A stretch of DNA of 64,000 bases from a virus (taxonomy: Duplodnaviria > Caudoviricetes), in IMG/VR virus record IMGVR_UViG_3300037067_013058, positions 1 to 64,000 of that record. One strand, given 5' to 3'. Shown in pieces: positions 56,606 to 64,000 of this stretch (positions are counted from its first letter, which is position 1; every line of letters starts with the position of its first letter). The position numbers were made by a program, and so were the translations under genes. The notes beneath the pieces are model-generated. The model searched no databases. It worked only from the letters and a program-made list of their open reading frames with translations, and was not told where the DNA came from.

Positions 56606-59329
56606 TCAACCATTTTCCCCAATCATATTTGATTCTAAACCCGCACCCGCCAACTGCTTAAACCAGTCCTCCGGATTCTCTCTCTGCTCAAAATTTTTCT
56701 GTGAGGCAGCGGGGCGCTCCTCTTTCCTCCCGGGCTTCAATACCTCAAAGTGCAAGTGTGGAGAGGTGGGTTTTGAAGTTCCGGTACTAGTACCAACGGA
56801 GCCAAGCAAATCCCCCGCAGAAATCTCCTCACCCTCACGAACATTAGCCTCTTTCATGTGCCCGTACCACGTAGTAACCCCACCGTACTGTCCAGGGTGC
56901 TCAATTGTAATATTCTTCCCAATACCTTTACCCTCACCAACATGGGTAACTATACCTGGAGCTGGCGCATAAATAGGGGAGCCTTCTGGAGCATTAATGT
57001 CTACTCCTGTGTGTGCGCGTCCTTCTTTAGCGCCTGGACGCAAAGACTGTTTTCGGAACCTTCCCCCAATTTCACCCCCCTCAACCATATTCACCGGACC
57101 AAATGGATTTATATTTTCTACAGAATTGCCATACTTCAAACCACATTTAGGACAATTGCCCACCAATTCTAACATTATGTTTCCCTGTTCATCTACACCC
57201 TGACTACTAAGAGATAAAGATCCTCCTACCCAATTATACTCACTCGCTTCTTCCTCCACCTGAGAAATATCTTCTGGAGACATTAAACCATATTTTTTTC
57301 TCTCCCCCACCGATCCTCCACCTTTTTCAATGATAACCGGAATAGTTCTAATTCTCTCTTCCCCAGATCCAGTACCCCGCAAAGAAGCTTTCCCCGCTGT
57401 AGCTGCTTCAGTATCAGAAGTATCCCCCCCCAGATCAATTGCCTGCTTCAAAGCTTTAAATGATGGACCCAACAAATCTTCCGTCATATTTTCCAACCCA
57501 GAAGAGAATTTACCCCAACCAGACGCCAACTTATCAGTATTCTCCTTTGCAGATTTAGAAATAGCTTTATATGCTGCCTCAATTTTCTTGTCGTGCTCCG
57601 CTGCTTCTCCCCCCATAGCAGGTTTTTTACCCGTAGCAACCCACGTCACAAGTTGGGGAATAGACAAATCATTGAATCTCCAATACAAGGCCTGGAACGT
57701 AACAATTAAATAAGAACCAACATTGAGAATCAAACCCATAATAGCTTGACCCATCTCGCTAACGCCTTTTAAAACTTTATTCAACTCAAGCTGGAATTTA
57801 GAAATCTTTTTCTTCTCTGTCATATAAGAATCCTTAAAAGCATCCGCAGACTCTTTCATAACCTTTCTAGCTTCTATCTTCTGCCCACTATCAATAAGCT
57901 TTTTTATAGCTAACGCACTAGAAGCACCCTGCTCATTCATACCCATACCAGAATTTTTCATAATCCATTTAGCAGAATCTTCATCATTATTTGCCTGTCT
58001 CATAGACATTGTGGCCTGTATATAAGCCACCTGCATCAATTCATCTAAATCTCCACCACTTTCCTTTTTTCTTTTTATTCTGTCTATTGCATTTTCAAAC
58101 CGTTGAGCAGCAGCAGCCCCCATTTCTGGTGCCAACCCCATTTGCACGCCCATATATGACATCATCTCTTGTGACATACTGGCAATAGATCCTGCAATAT
58201 TTTGCAACCCTTCTGCTGCAAATTTACCTGCAAACTGCTTTGGTAAACCTAATTTTTCAAACCCTTCCTGCAACTTAACCGAAAGAGCAACAACATCATC
58301 AATATCAAAACCAAATTTCTTTAATGTATTACCAGCAGTTTCAATATTCTTCAAAAACTGCATCGTCCCAATTCCAGATTCTTTTCCTGCCATCATCATC
58401 TTGTACAAAGAATCCTTGGCCTCATCCAAGCCCTTTCCATAATCAGCCATTATGCCAACCATACGTTGGGCACTTGTTCCTCCAGCTAAATCAAACATTT
58501 TATCTAAAGCCAGCCCAAACGTCATATAATTATCACGAACACCTTTGATGCCTGCATCCAAAGGCTTTAGCATTTCCTCAACCCCGATACCATTTCGCAC
58601 AAACCCAGCAGCCGCAGCTTGAGTTTCCTCCTTTGCAACCCCATAAAATTTCTGCAATTTTTCTTGCAATTGTGAAACTTGTGCTGTTCCTCTTGCTACC
58701 GCACCCTTAACCCCCGAGTCAACGGCCTCTACAAGCACGTTGGTGACCTCTCCAGCCTCCTTACGCATCCTGTCCTGTTCCATGTACCCAAACCCAATTA
58801 TACCCAACAGCGTGGCTCCTACGTTGCCAGGAGAGGGTATGTAGGTTTTGTGCATAAATCCCGAGAAAACCTTCTTAATTCCCGCCCACTCTTTTGCTAA
58901 CAGAGAACTAGGCCTTTTCCGGGCCTCAGAAGTAATGCCCGTAATGTTTCCCTTTTTATCTTGCTGAAAACGAAGTATAAAATCTTTTGGATCACCCTTG
59001 AAAATCTCCTGAAATTTACTCAAATCATTAATATCAACAGTTATTTTACCTAATCGCCCCATCGCTTTAGAAGAATTAATAAAAAACTCAGCATGTAGTT
59101 TTTCTGCACTAGCTTGATTTTCAACCCCCTGCTGAATACGGGAAACAGAGGACAAAGATTTCAACAACTCAGTTGACAAAGTGTCTAATAAGGGCTGAAA
59201 ACCCTCTTTCAAAGCCTTCAGTGTTCCAGCAAACAGGTCAGTATTCTTCACAGACAGAGTTTGAAGAGTTTTCCCCAAATCTGTAAAATTATACCGGATT
59301 TGCTCAAGTTGTTGAATATCAACAATCAT
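56606..59329 (-). CDS. tape-measure-like protein with C-terminal M23 peptidase
   Basis: Long A/G/M-rich helical region; HTGVD...YGHM...PHLHFEV. Confidence 0.85.
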   Translation of the reverse strand: MIVDIQQLEQIRYNFTDLGKTLQTLSVKNTDLFAGTLKALKEGFQPLLDTLSTELLKSLSSVSRIQQGVENQASAEKLHAEFFINSSKAMGRLGKITVDINDLSKFQEIFKGDPKDFILRFQQDKKGNITGITSEARKRPSSLLAKEWAGIKKVFSGFMHKTYIPSPGNVGATLLGIIGFGYMEQDRMRKEAGEVTNVLVEAVDSGVKGAVARGTAQVSQLQEKLQKFYGVAKEETQAAAAGFVRNGIGVEEMLKPLDAGIKGVRDNYMTFGLALDKMFDLAGGTSAQRMVGIMADYGKGLDEAKDSLYKMMMAGKESGIGTMQFLKNIETAGNTLKKFGFDIDDVVALSVKLQEGFEKLGLPKQFAGKFAAEGLQNIAGSIASMSQEMMSYMGVQMGLAPEMGAAAAQRFENAIDRIKRKKESGGDLDELMQVAYIQATMSMRQANNDEDSAKWIMKNSGMGMNEQGASSALAIKKLIDSGQKIEARKVMKESADAFKDSYMTEKKKISKFQLELNKVLKGVSEMGQAIMGLILNVGSYLIVTFQALYWRFNDLSIPQLVTWVATGKKPAMGGEAAEHDKKIEAAYKAISKSAKENTDKLASGWGKFSSGLENMTEDLLGPSFKALKQAIDLGGDTSDTEAATAGKASLRGTGSGEERIRTIPVIIEKGGGSVGERKKYGLMSPEDISQVEEEASEYNWVGGSLSLSSQGVDEQGNIMLELVGNCPKCGLKYGNSVENINPFGPVNMVEGGEIGGRFRKQSLRPGAKEGRAHTGVDINAPEGSPIYAPAPGIVTHVGEGKGIGKNITIEHPGQYGGVTTWYGHMKEANVREGEEISAGDLLGSVGTSTGTSKPTSPHLHFEVLKPGRKEERPAASQKNFEQRENPEDWFKQLAGAGLESNMIGENG

Positions 59330-61647
59330 CTCGGATTTGCCTTCTTACCCTCCATAATTAACCTGCTACCTTCTTGAACCTCTCCCGGAACAAAAAACTC
59401 CCTTCGCATTCCAGCTTGTTCTCTTGCCCGATTCCGGCTCAACTGCTCAACCGCCCTATCCCCTTTAGCCTTGTCCCCCCCAACCATCTTTCTAGTAATA
59501 TAAGCTTCCATGTTTAATCGAGAATTCTCAAACAAATTGTGCATTTGTGCTTTCATATTCTCTGAATATGGCCCATACATAAATAACTTTTCAAACCCAT
59601 CCTGAACATCTTTCTGAATTGTGTATATCCACTGCGCTTGTGTTTTTTGATCATTCATTAAATCCTTAACATCTTGAGTTAAAACTTCCAAATCTTTACC
59701 CATTCCGCTTTTAACTAGATCAACAACAGGCCCCAAACTTTTAGCCATATCACCAAAAATAGCAGATAATGCCGTCCCCGCTTGTTGGCCACCAGTAACA
59801 AGATCTTTTGCACCAGACTCTAAAGATAGTGCTTGCGCCCAAAATGCATCATCAAATTTCTTACTCGCTGACTGTCTCTCCTCAGAACTCATTAACATAC
59901 GGGAGGGCAAAGAAGTAAGCCAATAAAACCCGGTAATAAGTGTTCCTGCAATAGCGGACAAAATCTTCATCAAGCCATTACCTATAGTGCCCAAACCCTG
60001 CATTAAATTATATTGCTCTTTCTGAAGCAATGTAAGCTGCTGAGATTCTGTCATAAAAGAATCTTTCAAAGCCTTCATTTGACCGACCACGGTAGCCTCA
60101 TCCGCAGCTTCCTTACTATCAATCTTTCCGGAAACGACTATATCCCACGCTGCGGAGGCAGATTGAGTATCCGCATAATATCCGGCCGCTTTCAGATACT
60201 CTATTCCCATAGTTTTATTGCCACGGGTTGCCTCTGAAGCAAGTTTTATCTTTGCCTTAGTCACATCCTTGAAAAAACCTAAATCCTCCCCCTTTGCCAT
60301 ACGTTCTGCGCCCATTTCTATTTTTTGCATCGCTTTCATACGGTCCATATCCGGAAACATTTCTGCTGCCAAGCGCATAAGACCACCACCACTAGAAGAA
60401 ATACCCGTCATACCTTGAAGAGATGATGCAGCCTTTTGTCCCGCAGCTTGATCAGTTAGGCCCATTTCCTTATAATAACCCTTCAATTGAAGCATAACAT
60501 CTTTGATATCTTCCATTTCAACGCCATATTGAGACAAAGCCTGTGAACCAGCCATTACAGAACCTATGAATTTCTCAACCCCCATTCCACTTCTTTGTGC
60601 AGCAAAAGCAAGATCCATATATTTTTGGGAAGCATTTTCAAGAGACTCGCCATAATCGGAAACCAATTTATTCACGTTTGTAGCAGATGTCCCAGTTGCC
60701 ATATTGTACATCTTGTCAATGCCTAAAGTTGTCGTCATAACGTTCGTTCCAACTTCGTCCAAACTATTTTTAAACTGCCCTAGATTCGTTGTAACTTTGT
60801 ACCCTGCATCAATCATTTGTTTCGTAACAGCCTGTGTTTCCTGCCTACCAATCCCGTAAAGTTTTTGTGCTTTTTCCTGGAATTTTGACATCCACTCAAT
60901 AGCTTTTTCCTGGCCCTTACCATGAACCCCTGCGGTACCTGCTTCAAAGACATTGAGCATTTCCCCGGCTTCAGCGCCCTTACGATATTCTTCCTGCTTT
61001 CCCAAAAGGATAAAACCAAGACCCATTGCTATAATTCCGCCACCCGACAACAACCCCCCTGTCAAACTAGAAAAAATACCACCAGCCTTAGCTTTTGCCT
61101 GCTTTGCCTCTTTCTCAACAAGTTTCCACATCCCAGCCATAGCTTCTTCAAAATCTTTTTTTAAACCCTCAATAGTCTTAGCTAATTTTGTAGTTTTTTC
61201 TGTGGCCTCATCAATCTTTTTATTCATGTCCTCCGTAGCTTTATCTGTACCAGAACCAGCGGGATTTATATCCGCAGTTTTATCAGCGGCAGACTCTGGG
61301 CCTGCCCCCAAAGCACCAGCCAGTTTGGACATATCTGTATTACTAATATCCTTCAACTTTTGAGAAATCTCGGCAGACTTTTTCTGGTAGTCCTCCAAAT
61401 AACCAGAAGTTGACTGCAAATGCCTCTCAAACGATTGAAAACCACTCTCAGAAACCATACCAAGATTAGTAAATGTCTGAAAAAGTTCACTAGCTTGGTC
61501 CTGAATACCCTTTAAATCATTTGAAACTTGGGAAGCAAGTTTATGAATCGTTTCCCCAAAATCAGTAAAAGACTTGTTCAGAATTGAAAACTGTGACGTA
61601 AATGACGTGAAATCAAACGAAAGAAGATATTCTTGCGGGGTCGGCAT
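59326..61647 (-). CDS. tape-measure-like protein (paralog of the downstream gene)
   Basis: Helical A/G/M-rich; follows the chaperone pair; aligns by eye with 56606..59329. Confidence 0.75.
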   Translation of the reverse strand: MPTPQEYLLSFDFTSFTSQFSILNKSFTDFGETIHKLASQVSNDLKGIQDQASELFQTFTNLGMVSESGFQSFERHLQSTSGYLEDYQKKSAEISQKLKDISNTDMSKLAGALGAGPESAADKTADINPAGSGTDKATEDMNKKIDEATEKTTKLAKTIEGLKKDFEEAMAGMWKLVEKEAKQAKAKAGGIFSSLTGGLLSGGGIIAMGLGFILLGKQEEYRKGAEAGEMLNVFEAGTAGVHGKGQEKAIEWMSKFQEKAQKLYGIGRQETQAVTKQMIDAGYKVTTNLGQFKNSLDEVGTNVMTTTLGIDKMYNMATGTSATNVNKLVSDYGESLENASQKYMDLAFAAQRSGMGVEKFIGSVMAGSQALSQYGVEMEDIKDVMLQLKGYYKEMGLTDQAAGQKAASSLQGMTGISSSGGGLMRLAAEMFPDMDRMKAMQKIEMGAERMAKGEDLGFFKDVTKAKIKLASEATRGNKTMGIEYLKAAGYYADTQSASAAWDIVVSGKIDSKEAADEATVVGQMKALKDSFMTESQQLTLLQKEQYNLMQGLGTIGNGLMKILSAIAGTLITGFYWLTSLPSRMLMSSEERQSASKKFDDAFWAQALSLESGAKDLVTGGQQAGTALSAIFGDMAKSLGPVVDLVKSGMGKDLEVLTQDVKDLMNDQKTQAQWIYTIQKDVQDGFEKLFMYGPYSENMKAQMHNLFENSRLNMEAYITRKMVGGDKAKGDRAVEQLSRNRAREQAGMRREFFVPGEVQEGSRLIMEGKKANPR

Positions 61648-61657
61648 CTTACTTTAC

Positions 61658-62392
61658 CTATTCGGAACTGACTGTAACGCGCCTCTTGGATTTCGATACA
61701 GGCTTTTCATCAACGGCCTCTGCTTTAATCGAAACTCTCATTGAAGCTTCCTTCTTTTCTTCCTTGACTTTGGCCTCACTTTCCAAAGGCTTTACAATAT
61801 TTTCATTTATCCATTGCGTTTCTGGTGATGATCTAACAGCATATTTCTGCAACTCCACCGGATCATCCAGAAATACTATATCTTCCTCTAGGAACTTCTC
61901 CAGCTCCTCTTCATCCATCATCTCAGTTTTACCAGAAGATGCTTCAGTTTCTAGATCTTTTGCTGCCTCTTCTTGTTGTCGTAACTCATCATTACGTTGT
62001 ACAAAAGCCTCAACAAACCCCTCACGCGACGTCATTACTGCCAAAGGAACATACTCATTCTCGCCCGGCCTTTTTAGAAGATGCGTCTCCGGATCTTCCA
62101 TTGGCATCAAATTCAAGCCCAAAAGATTTATCAACTCCTTACGGAAAGCTTTGAATAATGTTCCAACTTCTTCTACTCGCCGTTCTTCCTTCATCCTCAA
62201 AACTTCGTACTCGAACATCCACTTCGTTTCATTCATATTTTTAACAATAGGATCTGAAATTAATACCCTCTTGGATTCAAGTACCCGCGCCTTAACAATA
62301 ACGTCAGAAACTACTCTGCGCCAATAGGGGAAGGCTCGGTCGTACTCTCTTCCAATGTCTCCTTTTCCGAACTCTCCCCCGAGGATTTTTTT
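61658..62392 (-). CDS. tail assembly chaperone downstream frame (gpT-like), probably reached by -1 frameshift
   Basis: Lies in the -1 frame relative to the upstream gene, open from the A AAA AAA site; no convincing independent SD/start. Confidence 0.7.
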   Translation of the reverse strand, partial: KKILGGEFGKGDIGREYDRAFPYWRRVVSDVIVKARVLESKRVLISDPIVKNMNETKWMFEYEVLRMKEERRVEEVGTLFKAFRKELINLLGLNLMPMEDPETHLLKRPGENEYVPLAVMTSREGFVEAFVQRNDELRQQEEAAKDLETEASSGKTEMMDEEELEKFLEEDIVFLDDPVELQKYAVRSSPETQWINENIVKPLESEAKVKEEKKEASMRVSIKAEAVDEKPVSKSKRRVTVSSE

Positions 62393-62844
62393 AGCGTTGC
62401 AATTGCCTCCGTCCTTCGGGCCTCTAGCGTCTGATACTTCTCCCAAAGCTCTGCAATACCCTCTGGATAACGATCAGCAAGGAACTTCATCAAATGTTCC
62501 GCGCAAAAATACTTGCGGGAATAAGTATTCATGCTTTCCAACTCATTTCTCTTATCTTCAGAAAGCATTTTCCATTCTTCATCAAAATATTCGTAGATAG
62601 AAATATCATCAATCTTTCGAATACCAATAGAAAGTGTTGGAAGACGGAAAGAAGCAACGGCCGAAAGCTGATTACTCATAACCACATGGGCCATACGCCA
62701 ATTGGACTCTTCCTCATTCAGAAGAGAAAAAGTCCAGTTGTGGCCAAGAACACTAAACGTATCGGTAATGTTCCCGGTAACATCCAGTTCTTTCCCGATG
62801 TCCTCAAGCAACTGTTTAACTTTTTTGGGATTTGTAGTAGACAT
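62311..62844 (-). CDS. tail assembly chaperone (gpG-like)
   Basis: Between tube and tape measure; LKK slippery site near its end. Confidence 0.75.
   Translation of the reverse strand: MSTTNPKKVKQLLEDIGKELDVTGNITDTFSVLGHNWTFSLLNEEESNWRMAHVVMSNQLSAVASFRLPTLSIGIRKIDDISIYEYFDEEWKMLSEDKRNELESMNTYSRKYFCAEHLMKFLADRYPEGIAELWEKYQTLEARRTEAIATLKKSSGESSEKETLEESTTEPSPIGAE
62386..62392 (-). promoter_or_regulatory. -1 programmed ribosomal frameshift slippery heptamer A AAA AAA
   Basis: CTA AAA AAA TCC in frame 0; a -1 slip continues ATC CTC GGG (ILGG...). Confidence 0.7.
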
Positions 62845-62865
62845 TGTAGCTTTCGCTCACTTTCT

Positions 62866-62879
62866 CTCGCCGAAGCGAG
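62866..62879 (-). other. intercistronic C(UUCG)G tetraloop hairpin
   Basis: CUCGC-UUCG-GCGAG, no U-tract following. Confidence 0.6.
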
Positions 62880-62906
62880 GTTAAAAACTAACCCAACCTG
62901 CAACTA

Positions 62907-63356
62907 TTACAGGAAGGCTCTTACACGCTCATACATCAAAGAAGCAGAAACAGAAACAATCCTGTCCCCGTTAGCAGTTAAATTACGACCTAGATTAGTA
63001 AACCAACAACCGGTATAAACAAGAAGTTCCGTTGATCCATCGGGATTTGACCACTTCTCAGAAATCTCAAGAGGGTTGGATTGGTCAGTTAGCATCTGAA
63101 TGCTGAATGAACTCCCCCAAGCCTGCTCCATCTTCTTTTTATATAGGTCATACCGATCTACACGAATAGTAAGATTTGACAGATTCCCAGGAACGTTTTC
63201 AAATACTTCCCCGGTAGTTGCTGAATTCAACTCATATGTGTGAACAACGCCCCTATTCTGAGACGGTGCCCAGGTCTGAATCTGCCCAATAGTAACCCCG
63301 TTCGCACGGATAGCCACCGCATGGGAAGTTCTAACTGTAGTCTTTGGAATTGCCAT
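62907..63356 (-). CDS. tail tube protein
   Basis: 149 aa after the sheath; IGQIQTW...YEL...ENVPG...YTGCWF. Confidence 0.8.
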   Translation of the reverse strand: MAIPKTTVRTSHAVAIRANGVTIGQIQTWAPSQNRGVVHTYELNSATTGEVFENVPGNLSNLTIRVDRYDLYKKKMEQAWGSSFSIQMLTDQSNPLEISEKWSNPDGSTELLVYTGCWFTNLGRNLTANGDRIVSVSASLMYERVRAFL

Positions 63357-63373
63357 ATTTATACTCCTCTATC

Positions 63374-64000
63374 CTACGCTGTCGCCGCGAAGAAAGGGTT
63401 GTCCACTGAGTATTCACCGAAGAATCTCTTTGCTGGATACTTCAAATTGTACCAATACTTAAAGAGATACGTTCTTGGATCTGTTGTATCCTGATAAACC
63501 ATAATGTCCGTCTTAGGATCAATGTCCCGTGTCGAACCGTCGCTATTCTTGTATGGACCAATCGTTCCGTTGTTAATATTGGCTAGAATACCAAGCATAA
63601 TCCATTTCTTCACGTCAGTAATGAAGTCCGCAAGGTCATCCGGAACAACACCAACTACGTTATTGTAGAGTAGTGAATCAACCGTTGCAGTAACCGCATC
63701 TTTCTGAGCCGAAGAAGCAGGTTCCTCAAACGAAACAACCTTGCCACCACCAGCTTCGGTCGTTAGCGGGTCAAGCAACGTGAATTTCCCGGCATCCTGG
63801 GTAACTACACAAACACCATTACCCGCTAATGTGTGCCGCTCACCACGAAGATACGTTTCAAAAGTGTCAATTTGGAAGCCCGTGATTAGCTTGTTAATCA
63901 GTACATCAGACGGACTTGGAAGCGACGTGTACAGAGCCATAACCGCTGCGGCAATGTATGTCCCGTCAAGGTCTACATCGACTTCACGCCCATCCTCAAG
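63374..64000 (-). CDS. tail sheath protein, C-terminal part (runs off the window)
   Basis: Frame open to the window edge; DPLTTE...YLFKYWYNLKYPAKRFFGEYSVD sheath-like C-terminus; upstream of the tube. Confidence 0.75.
   Translation of the reverse strand, partial: LEDGREVDVDLDGTYIAAAVMALYTSLPSPSDVLINKLITGFQIDTFETYLRGERHTLAGNGVCVVTQDAGKFTLLDPLTTEAGGGKVVSFEEPASSAQKDAVTATVDSLLYNNVVGVVPDDLADFITDVKKWIMLGILANINNGTIGPYKNSDGSTRDIDPKTDIMVYQDTTDPRTYLFKYWYNLKYPAKRFFGEYSVDNPFFAATA

Noticed and set aside
63356-63364. TATAAATA (T4 late-promoter consensus) before the tail tube ATG
   Set aside because: It sits between the SD and the start codon, so a transcript from it would lack the RBS; no matching copies were seen before other tail genes.
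1-64000. Plus-strand ORFs in the track (e.g. 1273..1719, 10474..10950, 37192..37701, 51879..52367, 61686..62327)
   Set aside because: All lie antisense to well-supported minus-strand genes and lack SD or recognisable motifs; treated as shadow ORFs.
1-64000. tRNA, rRNA genes or CRISPR arrays
   Set aside because: Intergenic gaps are all under ~180 nt and show no cloverleaf or repeat-spacer pattern by eye; tRNAscan was not run.

Overview
Window from a large contractile-tailed (myovirus-type, probably jumbo) bacteriophage. Every credible gene is on the minus strand, densely packed. In transcription order (64 kb down to 1) it holds a tail module (sheath, tube, frameshifted chaperone pair, two paralogous tape-measure-like proteins with an M23 peptidase on one, hub, spike, baseplate J/wedge, 1627-aa beta-helix fibre/spike), then a replication/recombination region (5'-3' exonuclease, UDG, MT-A70 MTase, SNF2, MazG-like, DnaC/DnaB/primase, sigma-like factor, clamp, PolA, RNA ligase, SSB-like, RecA, SbcD-like, second MTase). 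The top finding is a fractured recA: the N-half ends in a 13-aa intein N-fragment ([13 protein letters not shown]-stop), a GIY-YIG endonuclease gene with a hairpin-occluded RBS sits between the halves, and the C-half begins with a ~153-aa intein C-fragment ending SHN/S. This predicts an atypically split intein that trans-splices RecA. Other points: five CTTGACA-N16-TAnnnT promoters, an IS607 element with degenerate TnpA and TnpB catalytic motifs whose empty site can be rebuilt, a solo TnpB, an RNA ligase gene needing an ATC start, and an unexplained ~80-aa module repeated across two virion proteins. All calls come from motif recognition by eye; no database searches were run.
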